From the IMG/VR virus record IMGVR_UViG_3300036783_000038, positions 1 through 51,904 of that record: a stretch of DNA of 51,904 nt, one strand, 5' to 3'. Under the pieces are notes generated by a model. That model did no database searches. It had not been told where the DNA came from and was given only the letters and a program-made list of their open reading frames with translations. Of this stretch, positions 1-9,315 are shown piece after piece (position 1 is the first letter of the stretch; each line of letters opens with the position of its first letter). The translations under genes and the position numbers were made by a program. Source of the DNA: a virus. Its lineage: Duplodnaviria > Caudoviricetes.

Positions 1-1670
1 TCGCCGCCATAGCATTTCGCCAGGACGTTTTTACGCAGCTGTTTTACGGTAGAACGGGCAATAATGTGGTTGCCGATTGCAGCCTGGATAGCGATATCGA
101 ACTGCTGACGCGGGATCAGCTCTTTCATTTTCTCTACCAGCTCACGACCACGGTACGGCGCATTGTCGTTGTGCGTGATCAGCGCCAGCGCATCCACACG
201 CTCGCCGTTGATCAATACGTCCACCCGCACCATATTGGAAGCCTGGAAGCGCTTGAAGTTGTAGTCCAGCGACGCATAGCCGCGAGAGGTAGACTTCAGA
301 CGGTCAAAGAAGTCGAGCACCACTTCCGCCATCGGGATTTCATAGGTCAGCGCAACCTGGTTGCCGTGATAGACCATGTTGGTCTGCACGCCGCGTTTTT
401 CTATGCACAGGGTAATGACGTTGCCTAAAAACTCCTGTGGCAGCAGCATGTGGCACTCAGCGATCGGCTCGCGTAGCTCCTGGATGTTGTTCAGCGGCGG
501 CAGCTTGGACGGACTATCGACGTAAATAACTTCTTTCGAGGTAGTTTCTACTTCATAAACTACCGTCGGCGCCGTGGTGATCAGATCCAGATCGTATTCA
601 CGCTCCAGACGCTCCTGGATGATCTCCATATGCAGAAGCCCCAGGAAGCCGCAGCGGAAACCGAAGCCCAGTGCGGTAGAGCTTTCCGGCTCATAGAACA
701 GAGAGGCATCGTTGAGGCTCAGTTTGCCCAGCGCGTCGCGGAAGTTCTCATAATCGTCAGAGCTCACCGGGAACAGGCCGGCGTAAACCTGCGGTTTAAC
801 CTTTTTAAAACCAGGCAGCGCTTTATCTGCCGGGTTGCGGGAAAGAGTCAGCGTATCGCCGACCGGTGCGCCGAGAATGTCTTTAATGGCACAAACCAGC
901 CAACCTACCTCGCCGCATTTCAACTCAGTACGGTCAACCTGTTTCGGCGTGAAAATACCCAGACGATCGGCGTTATACACCTGCCCGGTACTCATCACCT
1001 TAATTTTATCGCCTTTGCGCATGGTACCGTTTTTGATACGTACCAAAGAAACAACGCCGAGGTAGTTATCAAACCAGGAGTCGATGATCAGAGCCTGCAG
1101 CGGCGCTTCCGGGTCGCCTTCCGGCGGCGGAATATCACGCACCAGGCGCTCCAGCACATCTGGTACGCCAACGCCGGTCTTCGCTGAACAGCGCACCGCA
1201 TCGGTGGCATCAATACCGACGATGTCTTCAATCTCTTCCGCCACGCGTTCCGGATCGGCCGCAGGCAGGTCGATTTTGTTCAGGACTGGCACCACTTCCA
1301 GGTCCATTTCCATTGCCGTATAGCAATTAGCCAGAGTCTGGGCTTCTACGCCCTGACCGGCGTCAACCACCAGCAAAGCGCCTTCACAGGCTGCAAGCGA
1401 ACGAGAAACTTCATAAGAGAAGTCGACGTGGCCGGGGGTGTCGATAAAGTTCAGTTGATAGGTTTCGCCATCAGCCGCTTTGTAATCCAGCGTGACGCTC
1501 TGCGCTTTGATGGTAATACCGCGCTCACGTTCAAGATCCATGGAGTCCAGAACCTGGGCTGCCATTTCACGATCGGAAAGGCCACCGCAAATCTGGATAA
1601 TACGGTCAGACAATGTCGACTTACCGTGATCGATGTGAGCGATGATGGAAAAGTTTCTTATATTCTTCAT
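1..1670 (-). CDS. lepA: Elongation factor 4 (LepA), 3'-truncated by the window edge
   Basis: Minus strand reads [23 protein letters not shown] from the ATG at 1670, contains [10 protein letters not shown], and reaches [11 protein letters not shown] at the window edge. It lies downstream of rseC once the prophage is removed. Confidence 0.98.
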   Translation of the reverse strand, partial: MKNIRNFSIIAHIDHGKSTLSDRIIQICGGLSDREMAAQVLDSMDLERERGITIKAQSVTLDYKAADGETYQLNFIDTPGHVDFSYEVSRSLAACEGALLVVDAGQGVEAQTLANCYTAMEMDLEVVPVLNKIDLPAADPERVAEEIEDIVGIDATDAVRCSAKTGVGVPDVLERLVRDIPPPEGDPEAPLQALIIDSWFDNYLGVVSLVRIKNGTMRKGDKIKVMSTGQVYNADRLGIFTPKQVDRTELKCGEVGWLVCAIKDILGAPVGDTLTLSRNPADKALPGFKKVKPQVYAGLFPVSSDDYENFRDALGKLSLNDASLFYEPESSTALGFGFRCGFLGLLHMEIIQERLEREYDLDLITTAPTVVYEVETTSKEVIYVDSPSKLPPLNNIQELREPIAECHMLLPQEFLGNVITLCIEKRGVQTNMVYHGNQVALTYEIPMAEVVLDFFDRLKSTSRGYASLDYNFKRFQASNMVRVDVLINGERVDALALITHNDNAPYRGRELVEKMKELIPRQQFDIAIQAAIGNHIIARSTVKQLRKNVLAKCYGG

Positions 1671-1672
1671 AT
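1629..1672. repeat. att site (left junction)
   Basis: atcgatgtgagcgatgatggaaaagtt (27 bp, identical at 50684-50710) followed by tct-tatattcttcatat. 42/44 identical to 50684-50727. Confidence 0.95.
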
Positions 1673-1713
1673 ATAAGGATTTTTTAACCTTATTTCGTAA
1701 CGTTTTCTATTTA

Positions 1714-1733
1714 ATGGACACATCGGTGGACAC
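1714..1733. promoter_or_regulatory. Putative integrase arm-type sites (RTGGACAC x2)
   Basis: atggacac at 1714 and gtggacac at 1726. Four related copies occur at 50495-50554 on the other side of the reconstituted attP. Confidence 0.65.
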
Positions 1734-1767
1734 TATCGCAAACCTACCTGTCCGTATGCTGGCCTGC

Positions 1768-1796
1768 ATATTACACTGTAGCGCCTTAATCGTCAG
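1768..1796 (-). promoter_or_regulatory. Putative phage-supplied sigma70 promoter for lepA
   Basis: Minus strand CTGACG-17nt-TAATAT. Its context agtgTAATATgc resembles the displaced host promoter context agtgTAGAATgc (50804-50832). Confidence 0.5.
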
Positions 1797-1966
1797 CAAG
1801 GGATGCGTATAAGCAGAATACTTCCCTGCTTTACCTTCAGTGATAAATCGAGAACGACATATCCACGGTCAGTTGTGATGACGCGTGAGTTTGCAGTGAT
1901 GTTGCACAGAGAATTTACTGTTAACGCTGTTTCAATGTAATCAGCAGCCGGTGACGGAAAGCCCAT
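1793..1966 (-). CDS. Small UmuD-N-terminus-like phage protein (57 aa, possibly truncated)
   Basis: Starts MGFPSPAADY (UmuD-like GFPSPA motif), has a GAGG RBS and an upstream LexA box. Confidence 0.6.
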   Translation of the reverse strand: MGFPSPAADYIETALTVNSLCNITANSRVITTDRGYVVLDLSLKVKQGSILLIRIPC

Positions 1967-1987
1967 TATGTTGACCTCACATAAATA

Positions 1988-2003
1988 CTGTTTATGCATA
2001 CAG
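1988..2003. promoter_or_regulatory. LexA (SOS) box
   Basis: CTGTTTATGCATACAG matches CTGT-N8-ACAG. Confidence 0.85.
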
Positions 2004-2073
2004 TAATTTCATTGAGGGAGAAGATCAAGAAAGGCTACGGCTATCAATTTTCACGATAGCCGCATCATTTTGA

Positions 2074-4698
2074 TTACAACTGATTTATTGCGCTAGCCAT
2101 GCGACGAGCCATCAGTTCACCGCCTGCGGCGTTGGGATGGAGATTGTCACTGGTGTAGACGCTCAGGTTGTATAGATTCAGCCCGCTTTCAGCAAACAAA
2201 TCGCAGACGGGCACGCTGAACAATACGCATACCTCTTTGATTGCCTGAACATATTGCGGAAGGGTAAACCCGGCAGAGTTAGCTGCTGGGTAAACTGGCT
2301 GATTCTCAAACGCCCCGCGCTTGAGCGGTGTGCTGAACATCACTCGCACATTCGGTTTAAGAGTGTATATTTTGTCCAGAACGTAAAACACGTCGTAATA
2401 AAACGATTTTACAGTCGTGTCGTCATAATCCGCCCTGGCGTCTGCAATTGTCCCGAGCCGGCGATTTCCCCCATAATCGTTCGTCCCTCCCAGAATGGAA
2501 ATGAAATCCATCGCATCAATAGTGGTGGCGTTGAGTGAATCAGCCATTGTTCGAACTCCCTGCCCCGGTACGCCGTAGTTCGCAATCTGAACCATACCGG
2601 TCCGCGAAAGAAGCGGAGCAATGTAGTTTCCTGTGTTTGTTATGCTGTCACCAAGGAACCCGATCCCCTTTCCCTGCCAGGGCAATTCCTGTGCTTGCCC
2701 ACCGAAAGGGACATATCCAGCAGGAACAGTCTGACCTGGTGAAACCATCAGGCTGTTCAGGCGTGTCAGGTTGTAGACCTGGAACCGAACAAAATATGCA
2801 TTATCAGGAACAGCATAAGGCGTATTTGCGACCAGATTCTGGAACCCGCTGAGGAATGTACCATCAAGCCCGTAGAACGCTCCTCCCCCTGAACCATATG
2901 TCGACACGAACCAGTCACCGGGAGTGACCATCATTTTAGGCGTGGCAAAATACCCCGCTGAAGATGTCAGCCCACCGGTCTGATAAGAAACACCCGTATC
3001 TGTCAGAGCCAGCTCACTGTTATAGAGATTAACTGCCACTTTTTGCAGTGAGAGCGCAACAGAGCGTGCGGTGATTAGCGCCTGCCTATCGACGTAAGTT
3101 GAAGTCGGCGCCCCGAACGACAGATAGCTCGCAGGGAGTGCTGAGCCTTCAACCATCATCAGTGTGTTTTTTGCTGCAAGATTGTATACCTGAAACCGGA
3201 CATAAACCGCATCAGATGGCGTGGTAAATACGGTACCGTTAGCGATAGTTCCGTTTGAAACCTTCGCTTTATTGACATCAAAGAATACGACCACGCCTGA
3301 AGCAGCGTTCATGATGTATTGCTGCGATGGCTTGACGGGTATCCAGCCGGTAACAAAGTAGTTATTAGCAGCATAGGGTGTTCCGCCCGTTGACAGTGCG
3401 TAATTGTCAAGCGCGATATCCCTGTTGAACATATTGCGCACTGCTGCTAATGTGCCATCAGTAATTCCCCATGCTATTTTCTGTGAAAGCGTAGTTACTT
3501 CCGCGGTTGTCAACGTCCCGAACCCGATATACGAAGACGGAAGCGTAGTACCGCGAATAACCATCAGGCTTTCTTTGCCTGAAAGCGGCGTGCTCTGGAA
3601 ACGCAAGTAATAGGAGCCCGCCGGCACGGTAAAAGCCGTAGCAGCAGTGACAGTGATGTTTGACGTTTTGCTCAGGTCCGGATCGTAGAAGCAGAGCACC
3701 TGTGTGCCGGATGAAAGCATGTAACTCTCCCCCGGCAGTACGGGAATATAGTCAGTAACAAAATAACTGGCATTTGCCGTCAGACTGCCATTAGTCGAGA
3801 GTGCATATCCGTCGTTTGCCCGGTTTTTATCAAACAGGTTCCGCACCAGAGCGTTCGCACGCGCGCTGATATCAATCGCCTGAGCCAGTGCGGTACGTTT
3901 GGCCGAGAAAGGATCGACAAGTCCCGCTCCGACATAATCAGCCGGAACAGTAGTCCCTTTTAGCAGCATCTGAGCATTCTTTCTTGTGCTCAGAGTCTGC
4001 GAGAAACGGATATAACGCGTCCTGGCTGGCGTGGTAAATGCAGCACCCGCAGCGGCACCTGCAACATAGGAAATGAAGGTACCCTGCAAATCATAAAATG
4101 CCAGTTGCGAAACGTTAACGGCAAACACGTACTGCGTGTTACCCAGCGCGGGGATCATGTCACTTGCATAATACGCTGCATTGGCTACCAGAGAACCGGT
4201 TGTGCCCACAGCAAAACCATCCGTAGTCCGCTCTTTGTCGAAATAGTTAATGACCAGTGAGCCGCGCCCTACATCAGAATAAATCTGCCCAGTCACCGCA
4301 CTGACGGAATCCAGATATGACTGAGACGGCATTTTCCGTCCGGTTGCTACAAGCGTACCGGCGTTGTTGATATATTCATCAGCAAGTGAGGATCCGTCAG
4401 GACTTCGTACATAAGTTGACGAACCGAGGGGAATATTCGCAATATCGGCCTGTGCCGCCGCCAGCGTCATGTACTGACGGCTGAGGGGGATTAGGTTCTG
4501 CCGAGTCTCTTCAACTACTCTATCCCCTTCCGCCTTAATGCCGTCGATAGTGTAATGCTCACCGCCGAGGCGATCGGTGTATGTCAGCTCTGTACTGGTG
4601 GCAGCTTTATCCAGCATCGCTCCGGCATAAACCGCGTCACGGATATCTGTGCTCGGTACATCGTTATCTGTTGGGGTAGGTAGTGGTACTTGTGCCAT
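2074..4698 (-). CDS. Tail spike / receptor-binding protein with four tandem ~135-aa modules and a C-terminal SGNH/GDSL esterase
   Basis: Phage tail-anchor-type N-terminus. Repeats begin at aa 151, 287, 422 and 557. SGNH motifs FLGDSIT, GGTND and DNLHPN. Confidence 0.85.
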   Translation of the reverse strand: MAQVPLPTPTDNDVPSTDIRDAVYAGAMLDKAATSTELTYTDRLGGEHYTIDGIKAEGDRVVEETRQNLIPLSRQYMTLAAAQADIANIPLGSSTYVRSPDGSSLADEYINNAGTLVATGRKMPSQSYLDSVSAVTGQIYSDVGRGSLVINYFDKERTTDGFAVGTTGSLVANAAYYASDMIPALGNTQYVFAVNVSQLAFYDLQGTFISYVAGAAAGAAFTTPARTRYIRFSQTLSTRKNAQMLLKGTTVPADYVGAGLVDPFSAKRTALAQAIDISARANALVRNLFDKNRANDGYALSTNGSLTANASYFVTDYIPVLPGESYMLSSGTQVLCFYDPDLSKTSNITVTAATAFTVPAGSYYLRFQSTPLSGKESLMVIRGTTLPSSYIGFGTLTTAEVTTLSQKIAWGITDGTLAAVRNMFNRDIALDNYALSTGGTPYAANNYFVTGWIPVKPSQQYIMNAASGVVVFFDVNKAKVSNGTIANGTVFTTPSDAVYVRFQVYNLAAKNTLMMVEGSALPASYLSFGAPTSTYVDRQALITARSVALSLQKVAVNLYNSELALTDTGVSYQTGGLTSSAGYFATPKMMVTPGDWFVSTYGSGGGAFYGLDGTFLSGFQNLVANTPYAVPDNAYFVRFQVYNLTRLNSLMVSPGQTVPAGYVPFGGQAQELPWQGKGIGFLGDSITNTGNYIAPLLSRTGMVQIANYGVPGQGVRTMADSLNATTIDAMDFISILGGTNDYGGNRRLGTIADARADYDDTTVKSFYYDVFYVLDKIYTLKPNVRVMFSTPLKRGAFENQPVYPAANSAGFTLPQYVQAIKEVCVLFSVPVCDLFAESGLNLYNLSVYTSDNLHPNAAGGELMARRMASAINQL

Positions 4699-4782
4699 TG
4701 TGCATGTCGCCCTAAAAAATGGCGCACATAAGCATCAGAAATTAATCTGATGCAGTGCGCGAAGGTTGGTTATTTCTACGAG

Positions 4783-7257
4783 TTACTCGTAAATTGCGTC
4801 TGAATATTCAGTGAGTGAAAGCGTTTGAGTGTCGTCACCATTGGGTTTTGCACTGTCCACGCGCCAGATTGTTGAGTTCAGTTCTGTATCAGTGGCGATG
4901 AAATACCGGCTGGCGTTCTGAACGTTTACCCGGTCATAAATGTTGAGGTCGAAAGCATCGGCGGCAGCCTGAAACGCTTTTGCCTGGCCATCTACAGGAT
5001 AGGCACGCCACCGACCGCGGTAATTACCCAGGCTGTCTGTCATCACCACCCACATATTGCCCAGGGAGAAGTCAATGCGCTCTGACGTAGAGAACACATC
5101 GCCAACTCGGCCGGTGATATAGCCGTTCTGCTGAGCGTTATCGTACAGATCCGGGCATTGAACGACCGTACCGCGCACGACTTGCGTCGAATCCAGTACT
5201 TTTACCGTCATTGTGAGACGTGAGTAGAGAAGTTTCCGCGCCTCCAGCCAGGCCCTGTCCATTGCCTGCGCCCTGTTGCGGCAGCCGGACAAACTCACCT
5301 GCATTGCATTTACCGTCGCATCAGCAACTTCATTAATTCCGGAACTATCGATGCTTAGATAGATGTAATTCTTTTTATTGGTCGATGGGTCAACGTAGTC
5401 GAGCGTGACGCCGTCATAACCGCCGGGGAGAGACATTTGCCAGGCCAGCTTATATTCATCCCAGAACATATTTGAGCGTGCGAAAACTGCGTCAGGGTTT
5501 GCAGCTTTCTCATCGCGCCAGAACGTCAGTACGTCGCCAATCCAGTTGAAGCTCACCCGGGCCACATTACAGATGGTTTGTATGCGTTCGCCAAGCGGCT
5601 GCGTTGCGTCTGAAAAGGTCCAGTCAAAATAGCCCAACAGCACATCAGACAGGGAATCCTGGATAGCGTAAAGCGAAGGCAAGTCCAGCCGCGCCGGGTC
5701 CTGCTTTCCAGTCATCACCCATTCGTGCAGGACTGCATCAGCAAATGACCTGCTGGCGCGCAACGTGTAGTCAATACCACCGGCCGCCGACCACGAAATA
5801 ATTTTCCGCTGAGCCAGGCAGTTATATTTTCGATCTGATGCGACTGTCTGCGTTTCCGTTTGCCGAACAGTAACCCTGACTATTGTATCGTCAGGATATA
5901 TAACGTTTTGTCGAATAGTGACTGCATGGGCACCAGACAGATACAGCACTGAGTTATTGGCAGAGTTATTAGTGCGCTCGGCTTTAAAGGCATATCTCCC
6001 TGCTCCTGACGCTGGCACTATTTTGAAAGTCCGGTAAATATAATCCTGATTAGGACCGTCATTGTGGACATTAACGTCCATGCTTTCTTCGGTGCCAGCG
6101 ATCTGATCGTTATCATCATCCACCTGCCACCAGGTTAGCCTCGCCGGTCCGTCATAACCTCCAGCCTCATTCGCGTAAAGGTGAATCCAGAGTTGGTCAC
6201 CTTCCAGAGCCGCAAAGAATGGCCCTACCGCAATTGTCGCAAACTGAGTGATCGTAAAGAGCGTGCTATTTACCACCGTGTCAACTGGCAGCGCATCATA
6301 ATCCGCGCCTGACAGTGAACTGAACCAAAATTCGTAAAATTGCTGCGGGTCAATTAGTGCCCCATCGTCGGTAATCTCTGATCTGAAAAGGTTGGCAGAA
6401 ACGTTTACATCCCTCGTTACCGATCCACTTGCTGTGTTATATGTAACATTAACTGTTACCGTTACAGCAAAAGGTTTTGGCGTATCGCTGAACACGTCGA
6501 AATCGTTAAGTTTTTCTATTTTTGCATAAAACTGATTTCCCGCCAGCGTACTGGAAATCAGGTTGTCAGTAGTGGCCTGATTTACGATATCTGACGTTTG
6601 TTCGTTGGTGCCAGGGAGTTCCTGCCCGTCCACGTCATCAAACGCATAGCCCTGGATAATCTCAGGGATAACCGTTCCAGGTTGATAAATCTGATAACTG
6701 GCACCGGCCATCGATACAAGAGAGGATTCAGAATAACGGACAGAGGATATTTCATAATGACCGTATCCAATTTCCATCCACTCCGTCACAATTTTGTTGT
6801 TGTTGATGAACTCAAACATCGACTCTTGAATCAGGTCTGGGTAAGCGCGCACCAGCCCTAAAATATTGGGGCGTCCTTTGTAGAGTCGCGCCCGGTTTGT
6901 TTGCTGTGTGACGTCATTGTTGGGTGAGTCACCGGTTGCGACAGAAATGCCGCCAGCTTTTTGAGCCAGGCCAAGCAACTTCATGGCACCTGAAAGGATT
7001 TTCGTTACCGGTCGCAGTATGGTGCTGATTAATTTTCCTACCCCACCCTCTGGTTGATCGAACACCAGAACCACGTCATTTTTGCGCAGCGGATAAGCTA
7101 TATCGAAGTCGTCAGGAATCTCTCTGCCGTTGAGCTTAATCACAACATCATTATGCAGCTTCAGCGACTCCAAAAGATCAATTAGCGGCGTTCCTGCTTC
7201 AATGTTACCGCGCTGCTTCGGCGCGCCAGGCAGGCGCTGCAATTCATATCGAACCAT
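4783..7257 (-). CDS. Central tail tip / host specificity protein (J-like)
   Basis: Large ORF after the NlpC/P60 gene in tail-tip order. Likely start is MVRYELQRL at 7257. Confidence 0.8.
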   Translation of the reverse strand: MVRYELQRLPGAPKQRGNIEAGTPLIDLLESLKLHNDVVIKLNGREIPDDFDIAYPLRKNDVVLVFDQPEGGVGKLISTILRPVTKILSGAMKLLGLAQKAGGISVATGDSPNNDVTQQTNRARLYKGRPNILGLVRAYPDLIQESMFEFINNNKIVTEWMEIGYGHYEISSVRYSESSLVSMAGASYQIYQPGTVIPEIIQGYAFDDVDGQELPGTNEQTSDIVNQATTDNLISSTLAGNQFYAKIEKLNDFDVFSDTPKPFAVTVTVNVTYNTASGSVTRDVNVSANLFRSEITDDGALIDPQQFYEFWFSSLSGADYDALPVDTVVNSTLFTITQFATIAVGPFFAALEGDQLWIHLYANEAGGYDGPARLTWWQVDDDNDQIAGTEESMDVNVHNDGPNQDYIYRTFKIVPASGAGRYAFKAERTNNSANNSVLYLSGAHAVTIRQNVIYPDDTIVRVTVRQTETQTVASDRKYNCLAQRKIISWSAAGGIDYTLRASRSFADAVLHEWVMTGKQDPARLDLPSLYAIQDSLSDVLLGYFDWTFSDATQPLGERIQTICNVARVSFNWIGDVLTFWRDEKAANPDAVFARSNMFWDEYKLAWQMSLPGGYDGVTLDYVDPSTNKKNYIYLSIDSSGINEVADATVNAMQVSLSGCRNRAQAMDRAWLEARKLLYSRLTMTVKVLDSTQVVRGTVVQCPDLYDNAQQNGYITGRVGDVFSTSERIDFSLGNMWVVMTDSLGNYRGRWRAYPVDGQAKAFQAAADAFDLNIYDRVNVQNASRYFIATDTELNSTIWRVDSAKPNGDDTQTLSLTEYSDAIYE

Positions 7258-7639
7258 GCACCATATACTCCGCGCGACTGTAGACTTTAAGAAGCGCCAG
7301 CGGGTTATCGCTGCGCACAAAACCGAACTCCCCGCGGGCATGCAGACACTTAACGGGGCTGGTCATCACGCCGATATGTGCCGGGACTTCGCCGCGGTAG
7401 AAAATAGCGATACAACCCGGTACCGCTGCAGGAACCGGTCGCCAGTGATCCACCTCCTGCTCATGGCAGGTGATGAAGTCAGCCCCGGATTCGTAGCCCG
7501 GAACGTGGTGCAGCTCTAGCCCCAGCACATGCCGGTAATACAGAACAACCAGCGCCCAGCAGTCCATCTCGTCAAAACTGCAGGCGCGGTTAGCCCACGG
7601 CTTGCCGGTAACAAGCCGGATAAATTCGTCTTGTGTCAT
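7244..7639 (-). CDS. Tail assembly protein, NlpC/P60 family
   Basis: DCWALV...HIGV...CLHA catalytic pattern. Confidence 0.85.
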   Translation of the reverse strand: MTQDEFIRLVTGKPWANRACSFDEMDCWALVVLYYRHVLGLELHHVPGYESGADFITCHEQEVDHWRPVPAAVPGCIAIFYRGEVPAHIGVMTSPVKCLHARGEFGFVRSDNPLALLKVYSRAEYMVHGSI

Positions 7640-8106
7640 GAGGTTTTCAGCCCGGGATAGAGTTCTGTGGTGTAAATAATTGGGTTAGCAAGCGTCAGAG
7701 GGTTGGTGAATCCGGCGTTGACCGTCACGTTGTTAGCGTCAGCCGATACATCGCTTACAAACAATGTCCAGTCCTTCATTGATGCTGAATCTCCGATAGC
7801 GTCCCATTGTTGATAAAGACACTGAATCGGCGTCATACGTGCAGCGCCTTGCCATGTTTTCAGCGTCTGCCGCACATGATCAGTAGCTGCGACAAAGGTG
7901 ATGACCAGCGATATTGTTGCCGTTCCGTCCTGTGCAGGCTCTGTCACGCTGAAGCGTGCGGGTTCGAATGTGTTCCCGCCGAACGTCGCCGGACGAAACA
8001 GATTGTTCACTACGCGGTAATAACCAAATGCGGGGTGATAAAACTCCACCGTCTGTTTGATGTCGCTGGCAGGCCTGCGCTCTTTCCATTCTCTTAATGT
8101 CGGCAT
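7636..8106 (-). CDS. Minor tail protein (DUF1833-like)
   Basis: Position between the distal tail gene and NlpC; coupled stop/start codons. Confidence 0.65.
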   Translation of the reverse strand: MPTLREWKERRPASDIKQTVEFYHPAFGYYRVVNNLFRPATFGGNTFEPARFSVTEPAQDGTATISLVITFVAATDHVRQTLKTWQGAARMTPIQCLYQQWDAIGDSASMKDWTLFVSDVSADANNVTVNAGFTNPLTLANPIIYTTELYPGLKTS

Positions 8107-8582
8107 TAATCAGCCCTCGGCATCACTTCGGTGATCAGGTAATCCAGCCAGTAGCCGTACCCCGGTTGCGCTTCAACAATCCAGTCGTCGTAGTCTTCGG
8201 TGATGTCCTCGATACCGTTACAGATAACCGTTGCCGTCCAGGTGACAATGTTGCCGTTTTTGCTGGTCTGCACCGGCATGCTGACGAAATGAAGCGTCTG
8301 AAGCTGAACACCTTGCATGTCGCCGAGGTCTATCGACATCTGAAACCAGTTACGCCCACGGTCGCAATACGTCGGCGAGCGAAGCCACGACTTAAATCGC
8401 TCAGCCTGCGCCAGCGTAAATATCCACTGCAGCGTCCAGGTTGCTTTAAGGTCAGTTGTGATTGGGGTAAATATCGCAGGACCTACTGCCGTCTGCGTTG
8501 TCTGCCAGGCCGTGTCCTGCGTCATGTTCTGATCTGCGCGCTGGGGGAGCGGCAGGAACGGAGGGTATTGAACTGTTGCCAC
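8106..8582 (-). CDS. Distal/minor tail protein
   Basis: GTG start with GGAGG RBS; position after the tape measure gene. Confidence 0.65.
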   Translation of the reverse strand: MATVQYPPFLPLPQRADQNMTQDTAWQTTQTAVGPAIFTPITTDLKATWTLQWIFTLAQAERFKSWLRSPTYCDRGRNWFQMSIDLGDMQGVQLQTLHFVSMPVQTSKNGNIVTWTATVICNGIEDITEDYDDWIVEAQPGYGYWLDYLITEVMPRAD

Positions 8583-8693
8583 GTTTCCTCCGGGCATAAA
8601 AAAATCCGCAGCTGCGGCACTGATCGTTTATCAGGATGTTAAGAGCATTGATGCCAGGTTAGGCTGGTATACCCACAATAAAAGGAGTTTAAA

Positions 8694-8864
8694 ATGTCAG
8701 ATATCGTAGATCCCACCACAAACCCTGAGTTGGCTGCATTTCAGCTCGTTGTTGAAATAATTCGAGCAGAAAAGACCCCTATGTTTAGTGACAATGCCTC
8801 TAACATCCTAAAGATTTATGATCAAGCTGTAAGGCACTTCAGTGGTAAAGAGAAACAAAGCTAA
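8694..8864 (+). CDS. Small moron protein (56 aa, MSDIVDPTTNPELAAFQLVVEIIRAEK...)
   Basis: AAGGAG RBS and an open frame to TAA; opposite strand to the tail operon. Below the ORF-track length cutoff. Confidence 0.65.
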   Translation: MSDIVDPTTNPELAAFQLVVEIIRAEKTPMFSDNASNILKIYDQAVRHFSGKEKQS

Positions 8865-9028
8865 TTTGCTGAAAAAAGTTTGGTAAAGCACTCACGAACG
8901 GATACGGCGATGGCAATCGCTTTCTCCGTTCGTTCTTCATCCTTCCAGGCTACAATTCCCTGAATTTCATTCGCCAGCGCAATGGCTGCTTGTTCCTGAA
9001 TTTTTTCCGGTAGTTCGTTAAATTTCAT
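8861..9028 (-). CDS. Small protein (55 aa, MKFNELPEKIQEQAAIALANEI...)
   Basis: AAGGTG RBS; its stop codon overlaps the stop of the convergent 8694-8864 ORF. Confidence 0.6.
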   Translation of the reverse strand: MKFNELPEKIQEQAAIALANEIQGIVAWKDEERTEKAIAIAVSVRECFTKLFSAN

Positions 9029-9069
9029 ATTTTCACCTTAATAAAACCCGCCGGAGCGGGTTGGTTTAG

Positions 9070-9315
9070 TTATTCAATTGCCTGCGGAGACTTGGGAATA
9101 TCTTCGATGATAATGTCGAATTTTTTGATATCCCCATCCCGAGGCGTAATCTTAAACTCCGAGTTAGCCGGGATGATCCCCTCCACAACACTCCCGTTAA
9201 CCATTTCCAGACGGAATTTTACCGGTCTGTTTTGGCGGAAAATGGTCGTTTTGCCTATCTCCATATCCCTACTAAAACTTTCTCCAGGTCCATAGATATT
9301 TTCTTTTCCCATCAA
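9070..9315 (-). CDS. Hypothetical protein (81 aa)
   Basis: Coupled to the tape measure stop codon and followed by a hairpin at ~9043-9063. Confidence 0.6.
   Translation of the reverse strand: MMGKENIYGPGESFSRDMEIGKTTIFRQNRPVKFRLEMVNGSVVEGIIPANSEFKITPRDGDIKKFDIIIEDIPKSPQAIE

Noticed and set aside
66-1676. Several plus-strand ORFs
   Set aside because: Antisense shadows of lepA.
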